Positions 8,313 through 18,919 of a stretch of 31,783 bases of DNA are shown piece after piece. The notes under the pieces were generated by a model. That model made no database searches and was not told the origin of the DNA. It saw only the letters and a list, made by a program, of their open reading frames with translations. Each line of letters starts with the position of its first letter. Position 1 is the first letter of the stretch. Source of the stretch: Schizochytrium sp. TIO01 (Eukaryota; Protista; Bigyra: Labyrinthulomycetes); assembly GCA_004764695.1 (NCBI GenBank), contig SMSO01000022.1:1-31783 (forward strand), read 5' to 3'. A program made the position numbers and the translations under genes.

Positions 8313-8894
8313 TGACAAGCGATAGCGAAGGTTGGTGACAACAAAGATCGGTTTAAACTTTAAGGCTTGTTGCTCTGTAACTTAGTTTCGGGTCTGCTGC
8401 CATCGAAGACTTTCTGCTTCGATTTTGCAGCATATAACTCGGACTCCTAGTGTTTACGCAATGTATTCACTAGTGCCTCGGACTTCTATTGTTTACCCAA
8501 TGTAAACATTAGCAGCCATTTTCTTTTCCCTCTCTCTGAGAGAAACTGGTCGGCTTTTGGAAGAAGACTCCTAGCCAGAGTCTTAGTCCAAGTACAAGAC
8601 GTCCCGCGTTGGTCAACAAGTCGAACGCCATCTGTCGTTCTTCCCGTGGCCAGCGAATCAACCGTCCGTCGTTCACCTCAGGTCCCCCCTCTACTTAAGA
8701 GGGGACCTGAACTTTCTGAGGCACACGGCTCACCAGCACCTCTTGCGTCAGACGTTTGCGCAGTGCCTCACTAGCCAGTCCAACAGTCGACCAGGTACTC
8801 AACTTACCTGCCGACTCTCTGACTGGCTCTCGTGGCACGGAACCGGGTAACGGGACAGCAGCCCCGCAGGGACGTTCCTCTCTGTGCTCCGACA
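8313..8894 (-). repeat. Copia copy 1, 5' LTR
   Basis: Direct repeat of 2909-3490, followed by PBS on the minus strand. Confidence 0.97.
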
Positions 8895-9759
8895 TAACTC
8901 GGTTCCTTCCCCATATTAATAATATGAGAGACCAAAAATTAACTTTCAAAGGTCAGTAAAACTATATGTTTAAAGTATTGTTTCTGAGAAATTTCATCTA
9001 CCCTGTTGTAATTTCAAGCAGCTTTCCAATGGTACCACTCCATGATTTATATGTTTCCCCGTTGTTGAGAAAATGAATCTTGTACAAATCTTTTAATTAT
9101 TTCTTTTGTTATCAACTAGAGTGACAACTTAGAGCTTCTTTTCTCAAGCTTACAAGAAGCTTTTCTGTCATAAATCAAACGTAGCCATCTCTACAATTCA
9201 TGCGCTATTGAGTGGTGCTTCTAGAAAAGCTCTGTATATTCTACTCATAGAGTTAGAACACTACTCAACTCGGCTCCCTTCCTATTAATAATATGAGAGA
9301 CCAAAGAATAAATTTCAAAGGTCAGTAGAAACACATTTTAAGAATATTTCAGCTAAGCAAACACATCAACCCTATTGTACATTGCCCCAGCTTTCCAACA
9401 GTACCCCTCCACGATTAATATTTTTCCCTGTTGTTGAGAAAATGAATTTTATACTAGCCGTTCAATTCTCTATCCTGCTCACCAATAGAGTGACAACTTG
9501 GGGCTTTTTTTCTCCAGCTTGCAAGAACATATTTTCTCATAAATCAAATGCACTCATCTTAACACTTCATAAACTATCGAATGATGTCTGTAGAAAAGCT
9601 CTGTCGATTGTATTTATAGAGATACAACACTACTAACCCAGTTCCTTCCCCCTATTAATAATATGAGAGACAAAAAAATTAACTTTTAAAGGTCAGTCAA
9701 ATGCATGTTAAAAGTATTTTTTCTGAGAAAACACATTCAATCTGTTGTAAATTCAACCA

Positions 9760-10394
9760 TGTCGCGAGGACTGTTGCTCGGTTCTTATATGCAGGTCTTA
9801 TATTAGGTGGGAACACGGGTAAGCGTTTCCCACAGTAGAGGGAAAAGGGAAAGAAAAACAGAAGAGACGGGAATCGAACTCAAGACGTAAGAGACCTTTT
9901 AATTATTTTAACCAAAAGGTGGTCTTAGCACTAAGCCGAATATTGTTGCTTCGCTGTACCTTATATAGACAATAGCTCCCAACAATACACCCCTTACGGA
10001 CGTGAGAAACGATTTGTTCTTTCTGTGAAAGTTGAAGTTTATTAGTACGTACCACTGGAGCTATGACTGTGAATGTCCAGCTGGCGGACACCCCTGACTG
10101 TGAGGGGGGTACGACTAAGCTTTTCACTGCTCTACCCCAGAGTGCAAGCACTTTGGGCCCATAACCTGTCGCGAGGACTGTTGCTCGGTTCTTATATGCA
10201 GGTCTTATATTAGGTGGGAACACGGGTAAGCGTTTCCCACAGTAGAGGGAAAAGGGAAAGAAAAACAGAAGAGACGGGAATCGAACTCAAGACGTAAGAG
10301 ACCTTTTAATTATTTTAACCAAAAGGTGGTCTTAGCACTAAGCCGAATATTGTTGCTTCGCTGTACCTTATATAGACAATAGCTCCCAACAATA
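9760..10394 (-). mobile_element. TRIM-B: second miniature non-autonomous LTR retrotransposon, 635 bp
   Basis: Apparently identical 228-bp LTRs (9760-9987, 10167-10394). TSD AACCA (9755-9759, 10395-10399). 179-bp interior. PBS GGTTATGGGCCCA and PPT-like TAAGGGGTG. Sense-strand termini 5'-TA...CA-3'. Confidence 0.93.
10154..10166 (-). promoter_or_regulatory. TRIM-B primer-binding site (half-tRNA-iMet type)
   Basis: GGTTATGGGCCCA abuts the 5' LTR. Its complement TGGGCCCATAACC is the initiator tRNA-Met anticodon arm, as used by Drosophila copia-type elements. Confidence 0.88.
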
Positions 10395-11240
10395 AACCAG
10401 CTTTCCAATGGTAGACTCCAATAATTAATATATTATCCCGTTGTTAAGAAAGTGAATCTTATACTAACCATTTAATTCTCTGTCCTGCTCACAAACAGAA
10501 TGATAACTTGGAGCTTCTTTTCTCAAGCTTGACAGGGTCGTTTTTCTCACAAATCAAATTCGGGTATCTCAGCAATTCATGTTCTATCAAGAGGTGCCTA
10601 TAGCAAAGTCCTTTCTATTCTATTCATTGAGTTAGAGCACTACTAAACTCACTTCTTTCTCCCTATTATTGATATGGGCGATTAAGAAATAACTTTCAAA
10701 GGTCAGTAAAAATAAATTTAAAAATATTTCGCCTGAGAAAACACATCTACCCTGTGTCAAATCTTAACAGCTTTCTAACGGTACCATCTGATGAGTAATA
10801 TCTTTTCCCGTTGTTGAGAAAATGAACCTTATACTAATCACTTTTCTGCTCACAAATATGACAAGCGATAGCGAAGGTTGGTGACAACAAAGATCGGTTT
10901 AAACTTTAAGGCTTGTTGCTCTGCAACTTAGTTTCGGGTCTGCTGCCATCGAAGACTTTCTGCTTCGATTTTGCAGCATATAACTCGGACTCCTAGTGTT
11001 TACGTAATGTATTCACTAGTGCCTCGGACTTCTATTGTTTACTCAATGTAAACATTAGCGGCCATTTTCTTTTCCCTCTCTCTGAGAGAAACTGGTCGGC
11101 TTTTGGAAGAAGACTCCTAGCCAGAGTCTTAGTCCAAGTACAAGCCGTCCCGCGTTGGTCAACAAGTCGAACGCCATCTGTTGTTCTTCCCGTGGCCAGC
11201 GAATCAACCGTCCGTCGTTCACCTCAGGTCCCCCCTCTAC

Positions 11241-14200
11241 TTAAGAGGGGACCTGAAATTTCTGAGGCACACGGCTCACCAGCACCTCTTGCGTCAGACG
11301 TTTGCGCAGTGCCTCACTAGCCAGTCCATCAGTCGACCAGGTACTCAACTTACCTACCGACTCTCTGACTGGCTCTCGTAGCACGGAACCGGGTAACGGG
11401 ACAGCAGCCCCGCAGGGACGTTCCTCTCTGTGCTCCGACACCCCCTGCCCCCAATGCTCTGGTTGACACTCCAACAAGAATTCCATGTTGGTGCTCAACC
11501 CATTGCGGGACACGGAGCCCAGTCTCTGCAACACATTGACTCCGACAGGCTTGGTCAGAATGTCTGCCAACTGATGAGTGGTCTTGACAAAATATAAGTC
11601 AAACTCACCATTTCGCAACATGTCTCGAACAACCAACTCTCGAATGTCAAGGTGTTTGGCACGTGAGGCAAACTGATGGTTACGCAAAGTAGCCAAGGTT
11701 GACTGGCTATCGCTAATCATCATGCTGGGTTCCTTCAACTGACCACCCAACTCAGCAAAGAGTCTTCTCATTTTGCATAAGTCTGCAGCAGCCTGAGATA
11801 ACGCATACATCTCACTTTCCATGCTGCTCATCGCAATAGCAGGTTGGGACTTGGACTTGGCCAGAATTAGGCTACCTCCAAGAAAGATCATCCAACCACT
11901 CGTACTACTGCGAGTACTTATGCAATCCGCCCACGACGCGTCAACGTAACACTTCAAGTTAAGTTCTGACTCCTTAACTCCAGTCAGTGTAAACGTTTGA
12001 CCCATGGTCTTCTTGATGTAGCCATATGCACGTTCAAGCTCTTTCATATGCTCAGGCCCATTGCTGTGCAAGTGTCGAGAGAGAAGACGGACTGTGTTTC
12101 TCAACTCAGGGCGAACGTTGCAGAGGTACACCAAGCAGCCTACCATGTTCCGGTAGCGGTCCTGCGACTCTTTGCCCTCAAGGAATGGTAGTTGTACATT
12201 AGGAGTACTCGGACTTCTGGCTGTGTGCACACCTTCAAGACCAAAGCGAGTGAGTATACTTTGTTCATACTCAGCCATGTCGAAGGTGACAGTTCTCGCA
12301 GTAGCATCGAACTTCCATGTCATACCAAGAAGACGGCCTTGCTGTTGATCAACAGTGATGCCTATATCGTTCTTCTGCAAGTGAAGAATCAGCTTCTTGA
12401 TAAAGAGTTCGGTACCAAAGACCACCATGTCATCTACATAGATGATCAACATCAGGTCACTACAAGTGAACATGCACGGTGCCGTATCACATGCCTTGAG
12501 TCCAAAACTCTCAAGGATTCCTCGAATGTGCAGATACCAGTCCAGACTCGCACTGGCAAGGCCGTAGCAGGCCTTGTTAAGCTTGACAACATGACCAGGT
12601 GGAACATTTAACATACGGGACACTTCTTTGGATGGACGCATGAACACATCACGGTCCAGCTTGGGATGAAGGAAGGCTTGCTTGGCATCGATGGTCATCA
12701 TGACCCAATCTTTGTGACTCAAGCCCATAACAATTCCCATAAAGACCTCTGTCATGCTGGCAGTGGGGGATGAGAACTCCCCCGGAGTGAAACCCTTTTC
12801 ATAGTTTCCACGCATGCACAGACGCATCTTCATTCGTCCCGAAGACTTCACTTTGCCAGCCCAAATGGTCGGCAGAATCTCACCAGTCTTCTTTGCAACA
12901 GCTTCCTTAACAAATCCGTCAAAGGTATTATGGCGTTTCATACCTTCGATCTCGGCTTCCGCAGCTCGGAGCCAGAGAGTTTGTTCAGCAGGTGGTAGCT
13001 TTGCAATCTGTCCAAAATGTTCAGGTGTCGTCAGCTTACTCAAGTCTGTACCTTCAGGAGCGTAGACCTTGTCAATGTACATGTCCAGAGGATCATCAGC
13101 AATCAAGTCATCAATCTCTACATCTTTCAACAAACGTTCAGGAGTAGAAAGAATCTTACGGCGTCTTTTCGCAGCATCAGATTGAGCCATGAGGGCGGCA
13201 TTGGTGCGAGGACGAAGGCGTGTTGGTAGGATATTCGCTTGCGCTTCTTGAGAGGTAGGCTTAACAGCAGGTAGCATACCATTGCCATAGCGAACATTGT
13301 TATGAATCACCACGTTTCCTTCGTCAGACGAGTCTTCATCCACAACAGCTGAGTCCCCCACATCACCGGATGCATCTTCTTCAGCGTTAAGGTCAGGCTC
13401 GTCTTCGTCACCACTATCCTCCAAAGAGACAAGGTCTTCCACATGATGAGCCACATTGGTGTCTTCCACTGCTGCATCTTCTTCTTCATAACCGGGTGCT
13501 GCATCTGATCCAGCAATAGTAGACACGTCATCCCAGTCATCAGACTTTGCTAAAGTGTCTAGTGCTTCTCCCCCCTGGAGTGATGGGGAAACCTGAGGAG
13601 AAGAAGAGACAGGGTCAAGGCCACGCGACTGCGCAGTGGCCAGAGCAAAGGCCTCCTCCGGATGATCTTGCGGAGAAGGAAACGTATACTCAAAGAAGGT
13701 TGCGGTACGGCGATACACAAGCTTGTGTGTATCCAGCATGAAAAATATAGACGTACCAAACGTGTGAGTATCAGAAGGTCCTAAATAAATCCCAGAACGA
13801 GCTCGGCCACTGAACTTAGACTTTTCAAGCGGGGTTCCAGGGTGAGCACGATGAACCAACGAGTAACACCCAAAAACACGAAGAGACGATAGGTCAGGAC
13901 GCTGGCCAGTTCCAAGTTCATACGGAGACTTCCCCCCAGACGATGGAGGGATACGACTAAGCACATGAGCGGCCATGTGAATAGCATAAGGCCAGAACTT
14001 GGTGGGAAGTTTCGTTTCAGCCATTGCTGCTTGAGCAAGAGGAACAACACTTCCAATCGCTCGTTCGGCAATACCATTTCCCCAGTGTTCATGCGCTGCG
14101 CACGCATGAATTGGCCATTGACGACGTGTCATGACTGCTTCAAACTCATCCGCAAGAAAGGCATTGTCGGCATAAATCTGCACATGTGGCGAGATTTCTC

Positions 14201-16217
14201 CACCCTTGGACCACTTTGCGACAAAATGGTCGAACGCATCCAAAAGCGATTCCGCAGTAAGGTCCTTGACGAACTCCACAAAGATCTCTTTCGTGAACAC
14301 ATCACGAAAGAGAATAAAGTATCGATGGCCACCGATACTCATAACTTTCTTGCCACTGGCGTCAATCGATACCCCCTGTCTGGGACCCTCTACTCTTTGT
14401 ACGTGAGGTCCACTTGGCACAGCTAAAAGACGGGATTTCGAGAGTCCACACGCAGGACAAGCACGACTTTCTTCGTCAATCTTGACATGAAAGTTGTCCA
14501 CATTCTTCTCAATGTCCTGGAGTCGAGAGACTCCCACATGACAGAGACGACGATGAGCAAGCTCAACCGGCAAAGTCTTCTTTCCTGGGAAACCTTTTGG
14601 CTTGGGTTTCACAGTCTCCAAGACTTCTTGTTGCAGTTCCTGGGGAACATCTTTGTCCCCCTTACTCGTCGGAGTTACCTCCTCAACTTCATGTTCTTGC
14701 GGAACGAAATATTCCGCTGGAACACGAAGTAATCCACCGTTGGTGATCAGCTTGATCACCAACTTCTCCTTGGGCTTAACCAAAGTCCAAGGTTTGTTGA
14801 CTCCAGATTCAATATAAATGCCTTCTGCCTCCAAAGCATCACGGCCTAAGAGAGTAACGGCAAGTCCCGGGGCATATAGGGCATTTCGAACCTTTAGGTA
14901 GCGCAGTCTGCAACCTTCAGTAATGACCTTGATTTTCAGGGTACCGCGATGAGTGGCAATCAAAGGTCCGCCCTTGGCAATGTTGATCTCCACTTGATCC
15001 GAAGTGCTGAGCTTTTCGACACCAACTAACATGTCCAAGTTGTGGACTAGTACGTCAGTTGCTCCAGTGTCGACAAGAACATGTCCTCGCTCCGCAAGTT
15101 CATGGGAATCAGAAAAGTAGGCCGAATTCGATGCCTTCCTCATGCGCTGATGTTCCCAAGTAGAAATGGCATGCTTCAGACCTTCTGGCACATTGGCTTG
15201 CCAGTCAGGGTCAATGTCTTTCTCCAGAGTTTGGCACTCTGCGACAGTATGGCCATCATTCTTGAGGCAGCGAAAACAGAAGAGGTTCTTCTTTCTCGAG
15301 CGCTTCGGTCCTTGGGCAACGAAAGCGGTTCGTTGCTTTCCACTAGCCGGGCCTGCTCCACGATAGCCAGATGACTCAAGTCTAGTAGCACTTGGAGTAG
15401 GTTGAGCCAAAGACTTTCCCTGACCTTCAAGTCCTTGCAGCGTTGATTTGATCATCTGCATCAGCTTGATGGGATCCACCGAGTCTTGTGTCTCCGTGAA
15501 TTGAAGCACAACACTTTCCACAGCAGGTATGTAAGTGGGGGCATTGTTCTTCACAATCATAAAGGTCACAAGGTTGATTGCCTCTTGTGGATCGGATACG
15601 CGAAGCTTCGCGTGAAGCTTCTGCATTTCGATCATGTACGATTGATATCCTTCAGATCCTTTCGAGGGGTCCCACGATAGGATTGACTGCTTGTTGATGG
15701 TTTCAACCATCCGCGACGGTTTGCTCCGAGCGTTTACCTTCACCAGGTTGTACAACGCATGTATTCCCATCGTAGGATTCACATTGCCATCCTGGTGAAG
15801 AACTCCTATAAACATCTCGGCTCCAAACCTAAGTACTTCGTATAGTACCATGTCCACAGTATTATTCCACCCATTGGGTAGGTTCGTGTTACGCATGGGC
15901 ATCCCATTCATATTGACCATTGGTCTCCAGTTGAGCGTCCAATGGCTCTCTCCAATTCGGACTGAGAAGTTGAAGAGCATAAACACCGACAGTGCATTCC
16001 AGAAGGTCTCAAATCCTTCCGCCGTAGCGTCTTCAAGCTTTACCTTGTCCAGTCCCTTCCACGAGGGGGCAAGCGCTTGCCCCACTCTGGCTCCCATCGG
16101 GAGTTCGGCGGTCTCTACCGCAGGCGCCGCCCTCATCGGCGTGCCATTCAACCCACGACCAACTCGCCCACGCGGCGGTGTCATATCATCAGCCTCAAAA
16201 TCCTCTTGGCGATTCAT
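11241..16217 (-). CDS. Copia Gag-Pol polyprotein, copy 2
   Basis: Same length and motifs as copy 1, about 15 amino-acid differences, no stop or frameshift. GTG at 16235; first ATG at 16217. Confidence 0.97.
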   Translation of the reverse strand: MNRQEDFEADDMTPPRGRVGRGLNGTPMRAAPAVETAELPMGARVGQALAPSWKGLDKVKLEDATAEGFETFWNALSVFMLFNFSVRIGESHWTLNWRPMVNMNGMPMRNTNLPNGWNNTVDMVLYEVLRFGAEMFIGVLHQDGNVNPTMGIHALYNLVKVNARSKPSRMVETINKQSILSWDPSKGSEGYQSYMIEMQKLHAKLRVSDPQEAINLVTFMIVKNNAPTYIPAVESVVLQFTETQDSVDPIKLMQMIKSTLQGLEGQGKSLAQPTPSATRLESSGYRGAGPASGKQRTAFVAQGPKRSRKKNLFCFRCLKNDGHTVAECQTLEKDIDPDWQANVPEGLKHAISTWEHQRMRKASNSAYFSDSHELAERGHVLVDTGATDVLVHNLDMLVGVEKLSTSDQVEINIAKGGPLIATHRGTLKIKVITEGCRLRYLKVRNALYAPGLAVTLLGRDALEAEGIYIESGVNKPWTLVKPKEKLVIKLITNGGLLRVPAEYFVPQEHEVEEVTPTSKGDKDVPQELQQEVLETVKPKPKGFPGKKTLPVELAHRRLCHVGVSRLQDIEKNVDNFHVKIDEESRACPACGLSKSRLLAVPSGPHVQRVEGPRQGVSIDASGKKVMSIGGHRYFILFRDVFTKEIFVEFVKDLTAESLLDAFDHFVAKWSKGGEISPHVQIYADNAFLADEFEAVMTRRQWPIHACAAHEHWGNGIAERAIGSVVPLAQAAMAETKLPTKFWPYAIHMAAHVLSRIPPSSGGKSPYELGTGQRPDLSSLRVFGCYSLVHRAHPGTPLEKSKFSGRARSGIYLGPSDTHTFGTSIFFMLDTHKLVYRRTATFFEYTFPSPQDHPEEAFALATAQSRGLDPVSSSPQVSPSLQGGEALDTLAKSDDWDDVSTIAGSDAAPGYEEEDAAVEDTNVAHHVEDLVSLEDSGDEDEPDLNAEEDASGDVGDSAVVDEDSSDEGNVVIHNNVRYGNGMLPAVKPTSQEAQANILPTRLRPRTNAALMAQSDAAKRRRKILSTPERLLKDVEIDDLIADDPLDMYIDKVYAPEGTDLSKLTTPEHFGQIAKLPPAEQTLWLRAAEAEIEGMKRHNTFDGFVKEAVAKKTGEILPTIWAGKVKSSGRMKMRLCMRGNYEKGFTPGEFSSPTASMTEVFMGIVMGLSHKDWVMMTIDAKQAFLHPKLDRDVFMRPSKEVSRMLNVPPGHVVKLNKACYGLASASLDWYLHIRGILESFGLKACDTAPCMFTCSDLMLIIYVDDMVVFGTELFIKKLILHLQKNDIGITVDQQQGRLLGMTWKFDATARTVTFDMAEYEQSILTRFGLEGVHTARSPSTPNVQLPFLEGKESQDRYRNMVGCLVYLCNVRPELRNTVRLLSRHLHSNGPEHMKELERAYGYIKKTMGQTFTLTGVKESELNLKCYVDASWADCISTRSSTSGWMIFLGGSLILAKSKSQPAIAMSSMESEMYALSQAAADLCKMRRLFAELGGQLKEPSMMISDSQSTLATLRNHQFASRAKHLDIRELVVRDMLRNGEFDLYFVKTTHQLADILTKPVGVNVLQRLGSVSRNGLSTNMEFLLECQPEHWGQGVSEHREERPCGAAVPLPGSVLREPVRESVGKLSTWSTDGLASEALRKRLTQEVLVSRVPQKFQVPS

Positions 16218-16246
16218 TGTTCTCCAGTCACTCACGGCTTCAAGCT

Positions 16247-16262
16247 TATTTGACTCTTAATC
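16247..16262 (-). promoter_or_regulatory. Copia copy 2 primer-binding site
   Basis: Same GATTAAGAGTCAAATA abutting the 5' LTR. Confidence 0.8.
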
Positions 16263-16840
16263 TGACAAGCGATAGCGAAGGTTGGTGACAACAAAGATCG
16301 GTTTGAACTTTAAGGCTTGTTGCTCTGCAACTTAGTTTCGGGTCTGCTGCCATCGAAGACTTTCTGCTTCGATTTTGCAGCATATAACTCGGACTCCTAG
16401 TGTTTACGTAATGTATTCACTAGTGCCTCGGACTTCTATTGTTTACTCAATGTAAACATTAGCAGCCATTTTCTTTTCCCTCTCTCTGAGAGAAACTGGT
16501 CGGCTTTTGGAAGAAGACTCCTAGCCAGAGTCTTAGTCCAAGTACAAGCCGTCCCGCGTTGGTCAACGAGTCGAACGCCATCTGTCGTTCTTCCCGTGGC
16601 CAGCGAATCAACCGTCCGTCGTTCACCTCAGGTCCCCCCTCTACTTAAGAGGGGACCTGAACTTTCTGAGGCACACGGCTCACCAGCACCTCTTGCGTCA
16701 GACGTTTGCGCAGTGCCTCACTAGCCAGTTCAACAGTCGACCAGGTACTCAACTTACCTATCGGCTCTCTGACTGGCTCTCGTAGCACGGAACCGGGTAA
16801 CGGGACAGCAGCCCCGCAGGGACGTTCCTCTCTGTGCTCC

Positions 16841-16960
16841 AAAGGTCAGTAAAAACACATGTTTAAGTATTGCTTTTCTGAAAAAACACATTTACCCTGT
16901 TGCAAATTGAAGCAGCTTTCTGGTGATACTTGTCAAATATTAATATCTTTAGAGGTTATT
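16841..16960. repeat. ~370-bp satellite, last partial unit
   Basis: AAAGGTCAGTAAAA...ACACATTTACCCTGTTGCAAATTGAAGCAGCTTTC matches the unit, then grades into the next array. Confidence 0.8.
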
Positions 16961-16979
16961 GACATATTGTCCCTTGTGA

Positions 16980-18905
16980 GGATCCATCAACTGCTTGTTT
17001 AAATAAAGTGATAACTAGGAGCTTCTTTTCGCAAACTTGAAAACATATTTTTTCGCAGCGATTATGACTATCCTGTGGTAACAACGACGCACCTCCCGAC
17101 GGTGCTTGTCGAAATGACCCTACAATTTTATCAAGAAATTTATAACAGTACTAAGTTTAGTTCTTTCCTCTTATTAATAATATAGAAGAGTAACATTTTC
17201 TTTTAAAAGTTCGAAAAATACTTTCAAAGATTTGTTTTTTCTCACTCATGCCATCATCCGTATTCGGTATTGCTTGTGCTTTCTACTGGTCCAAATCTTT
17301 AAATGATCAATAATGTAGTTGTGGAGATAATGGGGTTTTGAAAAGAGCTTTTTTTCGTAAGCTTAAAAACATAGTTTTTTGCAACGATTATAACTATCCT
17401 GTGGTAAAACCGACGCACGTTCTGTCGGTGCCTGTCAATAAGATCTAGCTATTTTATCCAGAAAGTTACAACAGTACTAGGTTTAGTTCTTTCCTCTTAT
17501 TAATAGTATGGAAGAGTAACATTTTCTTTTAGAAGTTCGAAAAATACTTTCAAAGATTTGTTTTTTCTCACTCATGCCATCATCCGTATTCTGTATTGCT
17601 TGCACTTTCTACTGATCCAAATCTTTAAATGATCAATAAAGTAGTTGTGGAGATAATGGGGTTTTGAAGAAGTGGGAGGCTGCTGCCAAATTCCTGGAAG
17701 GGTATTTTCTCATCATTTAAGAACGATTTCCTCTGGAGAACTTCAATAGTATAGCTCTGCATAAATTTTCTGATCTAATGGTGCAAAAATAACATGTGTC
17801 TTTCAAGTAGTTGTCGAGAAAATATGTCTTTCTTTCTTTCGATAATCCATCAGTTGCCTGATAAAGTGATAACTAGGAGCTTCTTTTCGCAAGCTTGAAA
17901 GCATATTTTCTCGCAACGATTATAACTATACTGTGGTAACAACGACGCACTTCCCGACGGTGCTTGTTGAAAAGACCTAACAATTTTATCAAGAAAGTTA
18001 TAACAGTACTAAGTTTAGTTCTTTTCTCTTATTAATAATATAGAAGAGTAACATTTTCTTTTAAAAGTTCGAAAAATACTTTCAAAGATTTGTTTTTTCT
18101 GACTCATGCCATCATCCGTATTCTGTATTGCTTGCGCTTTCTACTGATCCAAATCTTTAAATGATCAATAATGTAGTTGTGGAGATAATGGGGTTTTGAA
18201 GAAGTGAGAGGCTGCTGCCAAATACCTGGAAGGGTATTTTCTCATAATTTAAGAACGATTTCCTCTGGAGAACTTCAATAGTATAGCTCTCCATAAATTT
18301 TCTGGTCTAATGGTGCAAGAATAACATGTGTCTTTCAAGTAGTTGTCGAGAAAATATGTCTTTCTTTCTTTCGATAATCCATCAGTTGCCTGATAAAGTG
18401 ATCGCTTGGAGCTTCTTTCCGCAAGCTTGAAAACATATTTTTTCGCAACGATTATAACAATCATGTGGTAAAACCGACGCAGGTCCCGTTAGTGCTTGTC
18501 AAAAAGATCTAGCTATTTTATCCAGAAAGTTACAACAGTAGTAAGTTTAGCTCTTTTCTCTTATTAATATTATGGAAGAGTAACATTTTCTTTTAGAAGT
18601 TCGAAAAATACTTTCAAAGATTTGTTTTTTCTCACTCATGCCATCCTCCGTATTCTGTATTGCTTGCGCTTTCTACTGATCCAAATCTTTAAATGATCAA
18701 TAAAGTAGCTGTGGAGATAATGGGGTTTTGAAGAAGTGGGAGGCTGCTGCCAAATACCTGGAAGGGTATTTTCTCGTAATTTAAGAACGGGTTCCTCTTG
18801 AGAACTTCCACAGTACAGCTCTCCATAAATTTTCTGATCGAATGGTGCAAGAATAGCATGTGTCTCTCAAGTAGTTGTCGAGAAAATATGTCTTTCTTTC
18901 TTTAT
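16980..18905. repeat. ~532-bp tandem satellite (one shortened plus about three units)
   Basis: GAGCTT(C)TTT..CG marker at ~17018, ~17344, ~17876 and ~18408: spacings ~326, ~532, ~532. Confidence 0.9.
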
Positions 18906-18919
18906 TCTGAGTTAAATTA

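Larger units (their letters stand above)
2909..8894 (-). mobile_element. Full-length Ty1/Copia LTR retrotransposon, copy 1 (5986 bp)
   Basis: 582-bp LTRs at 2909-3490 and 8313-8894, TG...CA, one mismatch seen (3195 C / 8599 A). TSD TAACT (2904-2908, 8895-8899). PPT, PBS and a single Gag-PR-IN-RT-RH ORF. Confidence 0.98.
8895..10858. repeat. ~370-bp satellite, segment 2 (contains TRIM-B)
   Basis: Marker at 9062, 9431, 10441 and 10811. Register is preserved across Copia 1 (2701->9062 = 5991+370) and TRIM-B (1010 = 640+370). Confidence 0.95.
10859..16840 (-). mobile_element. Ty1/Copia LTR retrotransposon, copy 2 (outer 4 bp of 5' LTR and right TSD missing)
   Basis: LTRs 10859-11440 and 16263-16840, about 9 mismatches by eye. 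Colinear with copy 1 at offset 7950 but inserted at a different position of the satellite unit. Ends ...GTGCTCC|AAAGGTCAG instead of ...GTGCTCCGACA. Confidence 0.97.

Noticed and set aside
8695-8949. 84-aa ORF (and 65-aa ORF at 16645-16842) matching the Gag-Pol C-terminus
   Set aside because: It is the U3 part of the 5' LTR read from a chance non-ATG start in flanking satellite, not a separate gene.
9903-10223. 106-aa ORF across TRIM-B
   Set aside because: Crosses LTR, PBS, interior and LTR with a GTG start and no retroelement motifs.
2909-16840. The two Copia copies as a 7950-bp segmental duplication or assembly repeat
   Set aside because: Different insertion points and flanks, copy-specific LTR variants and different LTR divergence.
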